Positions 28,265 to 39,646 are shown, numbered from the stretch's first letter. The stretch: 64,000 nt of DNA from an uncultured Nitrospirales bacterium (GCA_964542245.1 CAZITU010000001.1:22627-86626); one strand, 5' to 3'. The notes: generated by a model from the letters alone, not told the origin. Translations and numbers: made by a program.

Positions 28265-28738
28265 TTATATCCCCTCGATCAGGCATACCGCCTGCGCGGT
28301 CATCGCCTCTTCCCGGCCGACCGCGTCCTGCCCTTCGCCGCTCTTCACCTTCAAATTGATGCGCGCCGGCTCCACCCCCATCGCCTTGGCCAAGGTGTCC
28401 CTCATGGCGGGAAGGTGCGGCCCCAGCCGCGGCGCCTGGGCATTGATAACCGCATCCAGGTTGACCAGCCGACAGCCCTTGCGGCTCATGAGGGAGACGA
28501 CTTGCGCAAGAAGCTGCACGCTCGCAATGTCCTTGTAGTGGTTATCGGATGCTGGAAAATGCGACCCCAAATCCCCCTCCCCCATTGCGCCCAACAGCGC
28601 ATCGCACACCGCATGGATGAGCACATCGGCATCCGAGTGCCCCTTCAGACCCTTACTGTGCGGAACCTCGATCCCGCCCAGAATCAGTTTGCGGCCGGGA
28701 ACCAGGGGATGGATGTCATACCCGACCCCGACTCTCAT
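28265..28738 (-). CDS. ispF: 2-C-methyl-D-erythritol 2,4-cyclodiphosphate synthase
   Basis: [10 protein letters not shown]...[11 protein letters not shown]...GD N-terminus and zinc ligands, colinear with IspF. Confidence 0.95.
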   Translation of the reverse strand: MRVGVGYDIHPLVPGRKLILGGIEVPHSKGLKGHSDADVLIHAVCDALLGAMGEGDLGSHFPASDNHYKDIASVQLLAQVVSLMSRKGCRLVNLDAVINAQAPRLGPHLPAMRDTLAKAMGVEPARINLKVKSGEGQDAVGREEAMTAQAVCLIEGI

Positions 28739-29547
28739 GCTCGCATGCCCCCTCTCCTTCCCTTCTCCCGGTAAGCCCGCTGCTCCGGGGAACCCGTTGC
28801 TCTTTCATCTGCAACGGGTCTTCGCACTTGGCGCTCACCTCCCTCTCCCGACCGGGCGGCGAGAATCGCCTCGGCGATGACGAATTCCTCCGGCGTCGTG
28901 ATCTTGATATTGTCCCAGCGACCAGGGACGATACCGACGTTTCGACCCAGCCTCTCAACCAGAGCCGCATCATCGGTCGCGCGCAGGCCATCGCGTTCGG
29001 CCTGCCGGTAGGCCTCCAGAATAAGCTCTCGCCGGAAGGTTTGCGGAGTCTGCGCGAGCCAAAGACCGGAGCGGTCGAGCGTCCGCTGGATCCGACCATC
29101 AGGGCCGACCCGTTTGGGCGTATCCTTCATCGGCACCGCCACGATTGCTCCTCCATCCCGCCGAGCCGCCTCGATGGAGCGCGCGATGAGGTCTTCGGTC
29201 ACGAACGGCCTGACCGCATCGTGAATGACCACGATCTCGGTGTCGTCGTCGGTCTCCCGAAGACCATTGGATACCGATTCCTGCCGGGTCGCCCCGCCCG
29301 CGACTACTTTCAGCACTTTCTTGACGCCGTAACGTTCGACCACCTCCGTGAGGGCGCGGGTACGCTCCCCTTGGGGCACCACCAGAATGACTTCCGCCAC
29401 GCTCGGCGTCCGCTCGAAGACCCGCAGCGCGTGCAACATCAGCGGCCATTCCCCCAACATCATGAACTGCTTGGGGGTGGCGGACCCCATCCGCTTGCCT
29501 GTACCTCCCGCAGGCACCACGGCCACAACACGGCCACGCGTTCTCAT
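28735..29547 (-). CDS. ispD: 2-C-methyl-D-erythritol 4-phosphate cytidylyltransferase with an extra ~35-aa Arg/Gly/Glu-rich tail
   Basis: VVPAGGTGKRMG, VHDAVRP and NIKITTPEE motifs. ATGA overlap with ispF. Start at ATG 29547 or an upstream alternative at 29577. Confidence 0.9.
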   Translation of the reverse strand: MRTRGRVVAVVPAGGTGKRMGSATPKQFMMLGEWPLMLHALRVFERTPSVAEVILVVPQGERTRALTEVVERYGVKKVLKVVAGGATRQESVSNGLRETDDDTEIVVIHDAVRPFVTEDLIARSIEAARRDGGAIVAVPMKDTPKRVGPDGRIQRTLDRSGLWLAQTPQTFRRELILEAYRQAERDGLRATDDAALVERLGRNVGIVPGRWDNIKITTPEEFVIAEAILAARSGEGGERQVRRPVADERATGSPEQRAYREKGRRGGMRA

Positions 29548-29576
29548 TTCAGAAAGCTTCTTCCTCACACTGATCA

Positions 29577-30599
29577 CTACCCGCGGACGGCTTGCAGATC
29601 CTGGCTCTCCGCCTCCTCCTTCAACCGGGTAAATATCATGCGACCGGCCTGTGTCTGCAAGACGCTGGTGACCACCACGTTCACGTTCGACCCGATGAAT
29701 CGCTTGGCGTTGTCCACGACGATCATGGTCCCATCATCCAGGTAGGCCACCCCCTGTCCCGCCTCCTTCCCTTCCTTGAGGACAAAGACCCGCAGTTGCT
29801 CGCCCGGAAGGACGACCGGCTTCAAGGCGTTGCACAGTTCATTGATGTTCAACACCCGGACGCCCTGGAGCTCCGCGACCTTGCTCAGGTTCAGGTCGTT
29901 GGTAATCACCTTGGCGTTCATCTTCTTGGCCAGCATCACGATCTTGGAATCCACCTCTTTCACGTGCGGGAAGTCGTCCTCGACGATGCGGACCTCGACG
30001 TCCACCATTTTCTGAATCTTGTTGAGGACGTCAAGTCCGCGCCGTCCGCGCCCGCGCTTGAGGGTATCCGACGAGTCGGCAATATGTTGCAGCTCATTGA
30101 GGATGAATTGGGGCAGGATAAACGCGCCTTCCAAAAATCCGGTCTCGCACAGGTCGGCCACCCGCCCGTCAATGATGACGCTGGTATCAAGAATCTTATT
30201 GCTGGTGGAGGAAGGAATCGCCCGTTCCCCTTCCCACGACGGTTTGGGGATCCCGGCTTGGGCGAAGATTTTCATCCCATAGATCAGGCCAAGATAAGGA
30301 AAGGCAGCCAGGATCAGAAAGCCCAGCGGAGGGACCGACAAGGCTGAAGGGACCGTGGACTCCAACGCCCAAGCCGCAACGCCGGCCAGGATCAAACCCG
30401 CGGCAAGCCCCGAGGCGCCTCCAAGGAGCACGCCGGGCTTCGCATCCCGCAGCGTGAACTCCACCCCCAGCACGATGCCGGCCACGACCAGGCCGGCCAC
30501 CGCCGCCCAGATCCATCCCCAGTCCTGACCGAACCCGTCCGAAAACAGGGCAAGGCCAGCGACGATGCAAAGAACGACGAATGCCGTACGTAGCACCAT
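29577..30599 (-). CDS. PIN/TRAM domain membrane-anchored protein (YacL-like)
   Basis: N-terminal TM helices, a PIN domain (LDTSVIIDGR), and a C-terminal TRAM-like beta domain. The conserved yacL-ispD-ispF synteny supports the call. Confidence 0.8.
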   Translation of the reverse strand: MVLRTAFVVLCIVAGLALFSDGFGQDWGWIWAAVAGLVVAGIVLGVEFTLRDAKPGVLLGGASGLAAGLILAGVAAWALESTVPSALSVPPLGFLILAAFPYLGLIYGMKIFAQAGIPKPSWEGERAIPSSTSNKILDTSVIIDGRVADLCETGFLEGAFILPQFILNELQHIADSSDTLKRGRGRRGLDVLNKIQKMVDVEVRIVEDDFPHVKEVDSKIVMLAKKMNAKVITNDLNLSKVAELQGVRVLNINELCNALKPVVLPGEQLRVFVLKEGKEAGQGVAYLDDGTMIVVDNAKRFIGSNVNVVVTSVLQTQAGRMIFTRLKEEAESQDLQAVRG

Positions 30600-30710
30600 T
30601 CTGCCACCCCCTTTCGTAAGAGGTATGATGAAATCCCGTTGAGCAGGCCTCATGATACCACAGAATCGGCCCGATCGATAAGTAGACGATTCGACTGGAA
30701 GTGATTGCGC

Positions 30711-32238
<1,528 letters not shown>

Positions 32239-32258
<20 letters not shown>

Positions 32259-33165
32259 AGATTCCCGCGATCGTCCGGAGGAATTGGAGCGCATCGGCCT
32301 TCTTGCGCTGGAAAGAATTACGCCCCATGATGGACCCAAACCCGCCCCCGTCTCGAATGGCACGGACCTCGTCGAAGATGGCCTTGTCGTCTTCCTTGGT
32401 GGCCCCGCCGGAGAAGATCACGACGCGGCGCCCGTCGAAGGAGGACTGCACGACGTGCCGGACCCGTTCGGCCTGGGTTTTAATCGGGACCTGTTGGGTC
32501 TCATAGACCTTCTTGGCCGCCGCCTGCTCCAGGTGATCGGTCGGCAGCTTGACCTTGATGATGTGGGCCCCCAACTGGGCCGCAATTTGCGCCGCGTAGG
32601 CGACGACGTCAACGGCCGTCTCCCCTTCCTTGCTGATCTGACTTCCGCGGGGATAGGACCAGACCACGACGGCCAGGCCATGGTCCTTGGCTTCTGTGAC
32701 GATCTCGCGCAGCTGCTCGTACATGACCTTGCAATGCGCCGACCCGGGGTAGATGGTGTAGCCCACGGCCGCGCACCCCAGCCGTAAGGCGTCATGCACG
32801 CTCCCCGTCACGGCCGGGACCGGATCCTTATCCTCGTGCAGGGAATCGTGATTGTTCAATTTGAGGATCAACGGAATCTCGCCGGCAAACTCGGCGGCGC
32901 CGGCCTCCAGGAAACCCAGCGGCGCGGCGTAGGCGTTACAGCCGGCCTCAATGGCCAATTCAAAGTGATACCGGGGATTATAGCCCGGAGGATTGACGGC
33001 AAAGCTCCGCGCGGGGCCGTGCTCGAAGCCCTGATCCACGGGAAGAATCAGGCACTTTCCAGTCCCCTTCAGCGTCCCTTGATTCAAGATACGGGCGAGG
33101 TTCGATTTGACACCGGCATTATCATTGCCGTACCAGGTCAAGATCTCACGGACACGGTTCGTCAT
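32239..33165 (-). CDS. class I fructose-bisphosphate aldolase (DhnA/archaeal-type, DeoC/LacD superfamily)
   Basis: LILPVDQGFEHGP, the IIKVKLP Schiff-base lysine region and FSGG motif. Adjacent to fbp. Confidence 0.78.
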
Positions 33166-33174
33166 GGCTCACCT

Positions 33175-34182
33175 CTATTTCTGTTTTCCTTGGATGAACG
33201 CCTCGGCCAGGCCGACATCGTCCGAACTGCCGATGAGCAGCGGCACCCGTTGGTGCAGGGTTTTTGCCGCGACGTCCAGGATGCGCTCAGTCCCCGTTCC
33301 GGCGCGACCTCCGGCCTGCTCCACGACCATCGCCAGCGGGTTCCCTTCATACAGCAGGCGCAGCTTCCCCTCCGGCTTCGCCGTCTCGCCCGGATAGAGA
33401 TAGATGCCCCCGCCGAGCAGAATGCGATGCACGTCGGCCACCAGGCAACCCGAATACCGCCCCGAATAGGGCCGTCCCGTCGGCTTGTCGGACGCTTTGA
33501 GATAATCCACGTACCGCCGAGTGCCCTCCGGCCACTTCTGATAGTTGCCCTCGTTCGTGCAGTACACCGAGCCCTTCGCCGGCATCCGGATGTTCTCGTG
33601 GGAGAGCAGGTATTCCCCAATGCCGGGGTCCAGCGTGAACCCGTGCACCCCCTGACCAGACGTGAAGACCAGCATGGTGCTCGACCCATACATGAGATAC
33701 CCAGCCGCCACCTGCTCGGTCCCTTTGCGAATCAACTCCGACTCGGGGGGCAGCCCGGCCTTTCCATCGTACCGAAGGATGGAGAAGATCGTCCCCATCG
33801 GCATGTTGACGTCGGTGTTGGAGGATCCGTCCAGCGGGTCGAACAGCAGCATGTACTTGCCGTGCGGCCAGTTCTCGGGGAGATGGACCGGCTTCTCCAT
33901 CTCTTCCGAAGCCAGCGCGCAGACCAACCCGCTATATTGGAACGACTTGATGAAGGTCTCGTTGGCGAGCTCATCCAGCTTCTTGACGGCCTCCCCCTGG
34001 ACGTTGGTCTCCCCGGTGTAACCCAGGATATTGATCAACCCGGCCCGGCGAAGGTCGTTGGCGATCCTCTTGCCGGCCAGGCCGATCTGGGCCAATAAGG
34101 CGGAGAACTCCCCGGTAGCGGCCGGATACCCGGCCTGCGTCTCGATGATGAACCGGGTCAATGTGACGCCGATACGGCTCAT
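33175..34182 (-). CDS. fbp: class 1 fructose-1,6-bisphosphatase
   Basis: TLTRFII..., DPLDGSSN metal-binding motif, and GGIYLYP/GKLRLLYE motifs. Start at MSRIGVTLTRF (ATG 34180-34182). Confidence 0.9.
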   Translation of the reverse strand: MSRIGVTLTRFIIETQAGYPAATGEFSALLAQIGLAGKRIANDLRRAGLINILGYTGETNVQGEAVKKLDELANETFIKSFQYSGLVCALASEEMEKPVHLPENWPHGKYMLLFDPLDGSSNTDVNMPMGTIFSILRYDGKAGLPPESELIRKGTEQVAAGYLMYGSSTMLVFTSGQGVHGFTLDPGIGEYLLSHENIRMPAKGSVYCTNEGNYQKWPEGTRRYVDYLKASDKPTGRPYSGRYSGCLVADVHRILLGGGIYLYPGETAKPEGKLRLLYEGNPLAMVVEQAGGRAGTGTERILDVAAKTLHQRVPLLIGSSDDVGLAEAFIQGKQK

Positions 34183-34218
34183 CGCAGCGGGCCTCCTCGA
34201 ATCAACTCCCCTAATGAT

Positions 34219-34241
34219 CCCTCTCCCCTGGAGGGAGAGGG
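34219..34241. repeat. short GC-rich perfect hairpin element in the fbp upstream region
   Basis: CCCTCTCCC-ctgga-GGGAGAGGG followed by tcagggtgaggggg. Its translation gives the LTLTLSLQGRG string seen in the over-extended ORF. Confidence 0.5.
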
Positions 34242-34346
34242 TCAGGGTGAGGGGGAGTCTTAGCAGCTCTGAGTATATCGGCTTGCCACAAAGCTGGCAA
34301 TGCCTGAGACGGTAGGGAGCAGAGCACGCCCTGCTCCCGACATTAT

Positions 34347-35129
34347 TCACGGGCGGGCCGTCAGGGTGGCCCCCTCAATTGACACCAGCGTCGCGGACAC
34401 GGACCCGATGATGACCTTGGCCCTCATGTATACGGGGATCCGCGCGGCATCGTTGGTCACCCAGACCCGGATATTGCCTTCGTTCAGGAACAGTCCTTTG
34501 AAGGGCATGACGGCCAGGATCCGGATCGTGTCGAACTCGCCGAGGGGCCCTTTCAGGCGCTCCGTGCCCTCGATGCGCAGCTCGAGGCGGTAGTTCTTCT
34601 TGTCGTGATGCACGTCGACGAACGTGGACGAGCCGATGGTAATTGAGGGGAGCGTCCGGAAGAAGTAGAGAATGGACAGGGTATCCTGGGCCTGGGCGGG
34701 AATGTCCAGCGTCTCGGTGTTGCCGTCCTTGGTCACCGTGGCCCGATGGGCGGCCTGGTCGAACTGGACTTCGAAATCGTTCTTCCGCTTGCCTTCGCGC
34801 CGCTTGAAGAAGAGCCGGTGGGGATAGCGCGCCTCCTCGTCCAGCAAGGTCTCGACACGATTGTTGACTGGATAAAAGACCGAAACGAAATCATTCGAGC
34901 GGGCGGTATGGATGACCTTGACCACGGCCCGTCCCCGGAGGGCCTGGCGCTCGGCGACCTCAAAGACGGCCGTGCCGGCGGACACAATCCCCCAGCTCAG
35001 CGCATACGTCAGCCGTTCACCGACCGTGAAGTGATCCGTGCCCGGCGCATGGGACGGATGGGCCTCGCGCGGCGCCGCCACGACTATCAGGCCCGTTGTA
35101 AACGCGACGACCAGAAGCAGGCGGCCCAT
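34347..35129 (-). CDS. DUF3108 domain-containing protein (secreted)
   Basis: Signal peptide MGRLLLVVAFTTGLIVVAAP. Beta-rich body ending ...RIPVYMRAKVIIGSVSATLVSIEG, as in DUF3108 proteins. Confidence 0.7.
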   Translation of the reverse strand: MGRLLLVVAFTTGLIVVAAPREAHPSHAPGTDHFTVGERLTYALSWGIVSAGTAVFEVAERQALRGRAVVKVIHTARSNDFVSVFYPVNNRVETLLDEEARYPHRLFFKRREGKRKNDFEVQFDQAAHRATVTKDGNTETLDIPAQAQDTLSILYFFRTLPSITIGSSTFVDVHHDKKNYRLELRIEGTERLKGPLGEFDTIRILAVMPFKGLFLNEGNIRVWVTNDAARIPVYMRAKVIIGSVSATLVSIEGATLTARP

Positions 35130-35139
35130 GAGCCTCTCC

Positions 35140-36507
35140 TTAGTGTGCGGCCGGCCCTCCGCTGATGTATTGCTTGACCTGGGACTCCACGACCTCCCGG
35201 ATCCGCTGCAAGGCCGACTCGGAGGTGGCTTCGAATCGCAAGACCAGCGCCGGTTGGGTATTCGAGGCACGGATCAGCCCCCACCCATCGGGGAAGAGGA
35301 CACGGACTCCGTCAATGTCGATGATCTTGTACTCCCGGGCTAGTTGCTTCTTGGCTTCCTCCACGACCTGGAACTTGACGTCGTCCGGGCAGTCCACCCG
35401 GATCTCCGGCGTGGCGACCGTCGCTGGCAGATCGGCCAGCAAGGAGGAGAGCGGTTTTCCGGCTTTCGCCATGATCTCGATCAAACGACACGACGCGTAG
35501 ACGGCATCGTCGTACCCGAAGTAGCGGTCGGCGAAAAACATGTGGCCGGACATCTCGCCGGCCAGCGCGGCGCGCTCCTCCTTCATCTTCGCCTTGATCA
35601 CTGAGTGGCCGGTCTTCCACATGATGGGCTTACCGCCGTGCTTCTCGACGTCCTCGTAGAAGACCTGAGAAGCCTTGACTTCGGATATGATCGTGGCGCC
35701 GGGCCGGTCTTTCAGGACATCGCGGGCGTACAGCACCATGAGCTTGTCGCCCCAGATGATCTGGCCTTTCTCGTCCACCGTCCCGATCCGGTCGGCGTCC
35801 CCGTCGTAGGCGATCCCCACGTCGGCGCCGGTCTCGCGCACTTTGCGAATCAGGTCCTGGAGATTCGCCACCACCGTGGGGTCGGGGTGGTGGTTTGGAA
35901 ATCGGCCGTCAACATCCACATACAGCCCGGTCACACGGCACCCCAGCAGGCGCAGGGCATCCGGGCCCACGAGCCCGCCCATGCCGTTGCCGCAATCCAC
36001 GACGGCGTGCAGCCGGTCGGCCCTGAGGTGAGCAAACGACTTCTTTATGTAGGCCAGGTAATCAGGAATGATAGCGTGCTCCGATACACGCCCCGGCGGC
36101 CCGGACTCGAACTGCCCTCGATCAATCTCGGCCTTCACGTTCTGGATGGCGGACCCGTGCAGGGAATCCTTCCCCAGACAGAGCTTGAACCCGTTGTATT
36201 GGGGGGGATTGTGGCTGGCCGTGATCATCACGCCTCCGCCAACCGGCAACGTGAAGAGGGCGTAGTACAGCAACGGCGTGGGGCAGACCCCGATATCCAC
36301 CACATCCAGCCCGCATCCCAGCAACCCCTTCAGCAGAGCCTCCCGCATCTCCAGCGCGCTGGTCCGCCCGTCCCGGCCGACGGCCACGGACTTGGCGCCC
36401 GCACGGACGGCGATGGAACCGTACGCCCGTCCGATCTGCTCGGCGAGCGCCACTGTGAGGTCCGTCCCCACGACGCCCCGGATGTCATATTCGCGGAAAA
36501 TGCTCAT
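35140..36507 (-). CDS. phosphomannomutase/phosphoglucomutase
   Basis: ITASHNPPQYNGFK phosphoserine loop, GIAYDGDADR Mg loop, GEMSGH sugar-binding loop. Confidence 0.9.
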   Translation of the reverse strand: MSIFREYDIRGVVGTDLTVALAEQIGRAYGSIAVRAGAKSVAVGRDGRTSALEMREALLKGLLGCGLDVVDIGVCPTPLLYYALFTLPVGGGVMITASHNPPQYNGFKLCLGKDSLHGSAIQNVKAEIDRGQFESGPPGRVSEHAIIPDYLAYIKKSFAHLRADRLHAVVDCGNGMGGLVGPDALRLLGCRVTGLYVDVDGRFPNHHPDPTVVANLQDLIRKVRETGADVGIAYDGDADRIGTVDEKGQIIWGDKLMVLYARDVLKDRPGATIISEVKASQVFYEDVEKHGGKPIMWKTGHSVIKAKMKEERAALAGEMSGHMFFADRYFGYDDAVYASCRLIEIMAKAGKPLSSLLADLPATVATPEIRVDCPDDVKFQVVEEAKKQLAREYKIIDIDGVRVLFPDGWGLIRASNTQPALVLRFEATSESALQRIREVVESQVKQYISGGPAAH

Positions 36508-36531
36508 TTCCTCCTCACCCTTCCCTCGCCC

Positions 36532-37995
36532 TCATAGATGAGAAGGGGTGGCTGTGCGGCCGTAGTCGTCCGCCAGACGCACGATGTCGTCTTCGCCGAC
36601 GTAGTCGCCGCTTTGCACTTCGATGATATCGAGCGGAACAGCGCCCGGATTCTCCAGCCGGTGCGGCGTCTCCTGGGGAATAGCCGTGCTCTCGTTGACA
36701 TGGAGATCAAAGACCCGGTCGCCACGAGTCACCCGGGCGACTCCGGCCATGACCACCCAGTGCTCGCTGCGATGATGATGATATTGAAGCGACAGGCGCC
36801 CGCCGGGATGGACCGTCACGCGCTTCACCTTGTAGCGCGGGCCTTCTTCCAGCACCGTATAACTTCCCCAGGGCCGATACACAGTCTTGTGGATGAGATG
36901 CTCAGGGGCCTTTTGCCGGCGCAGCAGGTCCACCACCCGCTTGACCTCCTGGGTCAGCGCCTTGGGGCAGACCAACGTGGCATCGGCCGTATCCACGACC
37001 ACCATGTCCTTCAATCCGATGGTGGCCACCAACCGGTGCTCGCCATACAGGATGGAATCGCGGCTCCCGAGATCCACGACCCGTCCGATCCGGACATTGC
37101 CGGCCCGATCGGTGTCGGCGACCTCGTCGAGACTGCTCCAGTTGCCGACGTCACTCCAGCGGAAGGGTGCCGGAATGACGGCCGCTCTGCGGCTTCGCTG
37201 CAGCACGCCGTGGTCAATGGAGATCGCCTCAGCCCGTTTGTAAAACAGCTCGAGCGCCTGATTTGCGTTGGGCGTCCCCAATGCCTTGCCCAACCGCCTC
37301 AACCCGCGGGCCAATTGTGGGAGCGCGGTGCTCATCTCGTCGAGGATCGCGTCGGCCCGCCAGACGAAGATGCCGCTGTTCCAGTAGAACCGACCGTCGC
37401 GTAGGTAGCGCTTCGCTGTAGCCAAACCCGGCTTCTCCACAAAACGTGAAACGACCAGCGCCTTGAGCCCGCCTCGACTCATCAACGGACGACCGGCTTC
37501 GACCCGGATGTAGCCGTAGCCGGTCTCCGGGCGCGTGGGCTTGACCCCAAAGGTCACAAGCCGCCCTTCCTGGACCACACGCACCCCCAGGGCGGCCGCC
37601 CGGAGAAACTTCCTCTCATCGGGAATGACATGGTCGGCCGGCATTACCAGCATGACGCCGTCAGGGTCCCGCCGCCGGACGGCCTCTGCCGCCCAACCGA
37701 TCGCCGCGGCGGTGTTGCGGGCGACCGGCTCGATCAAAATATTTTCCTTCGGGACTCCATCAGGCCTTTCCAGTTGAATGCGGATCGCCTCGGCGTGTCC
37801 GGCACCGGTCACCACGAGAACGCGCTCGCCCGGGACGATCGCCCTGACCCGTTGGACCGTCCGCTGGATCAACGTCCGGTCGCTCAGGACCTTGAGGAGC
37901 TGCTTGGGGTAGAGCTCACGGCTGAGGGGCCAGAATCGGGTTCCGCTCCCCCCGGCCAGCACGACGGCGTAGAGATGGGGAATCGGTCGTCTCAC
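36532..37995 (-). CDS. manC: mannose-1-phosphate guanylyltransferase / mannose-6-phosphate isomerase (type II PMI-GMP)
   Basis: N-terminal LAGGSGTRFWPLSR nucleotidyltransferase motif. C-terminal cupin with RPWGSY...SLQYHHHRSEHW. Confidence 0.9.
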   Translation of the reverse strand: MRRPIPHLYAVVLAGGSGTRFWPLSRELYPKQLLKVLSDRTLIQRTVQRVRAIVPGERVLVVTGAGHAEAIRIQLERPDGVPKENILIEPVARNTAAAIGWAAEAVRRRDPDGVMLVMPADHVIPDERKFLRAAALGVRVVQEGRLVTFGVKPTRPETGYGYIRVEAGRPLMSRGGLKALVVSRFVEKPGLATAKRYLRDGRFYWNSGIFVWRADAILDEMSTALPQLARGLRRLGKALGTPNANQALELFYKRAEAISIDHGVLQRSRRAAVIPAPFRWSDVGNWSSLDEVADTDRAGNVRIGRVVDLGSRDSILYGEHRLVATIGLKDMVVVDTADATLVCPKALTQEVKRVVDLLRRQKAPEHLIHKTVYRPWGSYTVLEEGPRYKVKRVTVHPGGRLSLQYHHHRSEHWVVMAGVARVTRGDRVFDLHVNESTAIPQETPHRLENPGAVPLDIIEVQSGDYVGEDDIVRLADDYGRTATPSHL

Positions 37996-38957
37996 AGTCC
38001 CTTATCAATGAGGTCGTGCAGGTGAATCATTCCGCGGACGACCGACTCGGCATCCACCACCGGCAACACCGCGAGCGGCTTCTCCCGATCCTCCATGATC
38101 CTGAGCGCCTGGATCGCTTTTTCCTCCACGGTGACACGGACCGGGTTCGGATTCATGATCTCCCGGAGACTCATCGTAAAGATGTTCAGCCCCTCGCCGA
38201 TCGCGCGCCGGATGTCATAGTCAGTCACCAGGCCGACCAGCTTCCCGGCGTCGTCCACGATGGACACCGCGCCGGTGTGCTTCGCGGTGATCTCGGAAAA
38301 CATCTCTTGCACGGAGGCCTGCACATGCACCACTGGGTTCCGGGCGCCCGTTCGCATGAGATCGCCTACCGTCAGCAGCAAGCGCTTGCCGATCTGCCCC
38401 CCGGGGTGGTACAAGGCGAAGTCGTCCGGCTGGAAGTTGCGGAGCTTCATCAGGGCCATCGCCAGCGCGTCGCCCACGACCAGAGCCGCCGTCGTGCTGC
38501 ATGTCGGAGCCATGTTCAGCGGGCAGGCCTCTTCTTCCACAGGAGTGAGCAGGACGATATCGGACCGTCGAGCCACGGTGGAATCCGCATTCGCGGTGAT
38601 AGCGATGAGGCGTGCCCCGATCCGCCGCACCGACGGCAGAAGGGCAATCAGTTCTTCGCTCTCACCCGATTTAGTGATCGCGAGAATGACGTCATCTTTG
38701 TGCGCGATCCCGATATCCCCATGCGCGCCCTCCGCCGGGTGGAGGAACATCGCCGGCGTTCCTGTGGAGACCAGGGTTGACGCGATCTTCTGGGCGATGA
38801 TCCCGGACTTGCCGATGCCGGTCACGATGACCTTGCCCGGACAGGAGTAGAGCAGGAGCACGGCTTTCTCGTAGGCCGGCCCCACGGCCTTGCGCAGCCG
38901 CTCGAGCGTACGGCCTTCGAGCTCCAGGACTCGATTGATCTCACTCAGGATGTCCAT
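37992..38957 (-). CDS. kpsF: KpsF/GutQ family arabinose-5-phosphate isomerase (SIS + 2 CBS)
   Basis: GIGKSG SIS motif and two C-terminal CBS repeats. Start at MDILSEINRV (ATG 38955-38957). Confidence 0.85.
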   Translation of the reverse strand: MDILSEINRVLELEGRTLERLRKAVGPAYEKAVLLLYSCPGKVIVTGIGKSGIIAQKIASTLVSTGTPAMFLHPAEGAHGDIGIAHKDDVILAITKSGESEELIALLPSVRRIGARLIAITANADSTVARRSDIVLLTPVEEEACPLNMAPTCSTTAALVVGDALAMALMKLRNFQPDDFALYHPGGQIGKRLLLTVGDLMRTGARNPVVHVQASVQEMFSEITAKHTGAVSIVDDAGKLVGLVTDYDIRRAIGEGLNIFTMSLREIMNPNPVRVTVEEKAIQALRIMEDREKPLAVLPVVDAESVVRGMIHLHDLIDKGL

Positions 38958-38983
38958 CGCCGCGATTGTAGCAGGAAATACGG

Positions 38984-39028
38984 GAAAAGGGGACAACCCC
39001 CTTCATCGCGGGGACTGTCCCCTTTTTC
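38984..39028 (-). terminator. hairpin, candidate terminator between kdsC and kpsF
   Basis: Arms GAAAAGGGGACA / TGTCCCCTTTTTC with an inner CCCC..GGGG pairing. On the minus strand the stem is followed by TTTTCCCGTATTT. Confidence 0.45.
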
Positions 39029-39118
39029 CCCCATGTGGAGGGTCTGAAATCTGATCTTTGCGACTGTTCGGGGAGAGAGGAGAAGTTCAGCGGTGGGGAG
39101 AGAACTTGGTATGTCGGC

Positions 39119-39646
39119 TCAGGCCTTGGCTTTCAGGATGAGGTCGGTGAGTTCGCGGACGGCGCCTTCGCCGCCCTTCTTGGCGCAGACGTAATGGACG
39201 TCCTGGAGGACGGACGGCATGGCATCAGCAGGAGCGGCTGAGAATCCGGCTGCACGAAGAGCGTTCAGGTCGTTCACGTCATCTCCGATGAAGGCGACTT
39301 GGCCGAGCGTGAGCCCGTACTTTCTGGCCATGCGTGCGAGGATCGCCAGCTTGTCGTCTACCCCTTGGTGGACCTCGGGCACCGCCAGCTTCTGACCGCG
39401 CCGTTCGACGATGGCGGTCTTTTCTCGAGTGATGAAGGCCGTGACCAGACCGGCCGCCTGCAGCATCTTGATCCCCATCCCGTCGCGGGTGTTGAACTTC
39501 TTCTGTTCATCACCCGACTCCGTGTAGTACATGCCGGCATCGGTCAGGACGCCGTCCACATCCATGGCCAGCATCCGCACCCGCCTGAGCCGGGCCAGGA
39601 GCGCCTTGCCAGGGGCCCCGGAACGAGGTCCCTTACTTCGCGACAT
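39119..39646 (-). CDS. kdsC: 3-deoxy-D-manno-octulosonate 8-phosphate phosphatase (HAD-IIIA, KdsC family)
   Basis: DVDGVLTD nucleophile motif, FNTRDGMGIKML, GDDVNDL. Confidence 0.8.
   Translation of the reverse strand: MSRSKGPRSGAPGKALLARLRRVRMLAMDVDGVLTDAGMYYTESGDEQKKFNTRDGMGIKMLQAAGLVTAFITREKTAIVERRGQKLAVPEVHQGVDDKLAILARMARKYGLTLGQVAFIGDDVNDLNALRAAGFSAAPADAMPSVLQDVHYVCAKKGGEGAVRELTDLILKAKA

Noticed and set aside
34183-34350. N-terminal 56-aa extension of the fbp ORF in the track (MNNVGSRACS...LTLTLSLQGRG...)
   Set aside because: The extension reads through a GC-rich palindromic element and has no similarity to FBPase. The conserved enzyme begins at MSRIGVTLTRF (ATG 34180-34182).
35130-35270. 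47-aa N-terminal extension of the DUF3108 ORF overlapping the PMM gene
   Set aside because: The extension is Ser/Pro/Arg-rich and overlaps the 3' end of the PMM gene. A proper signal peptide begins at MGRLLLVVAF (ATG 35127-35129).
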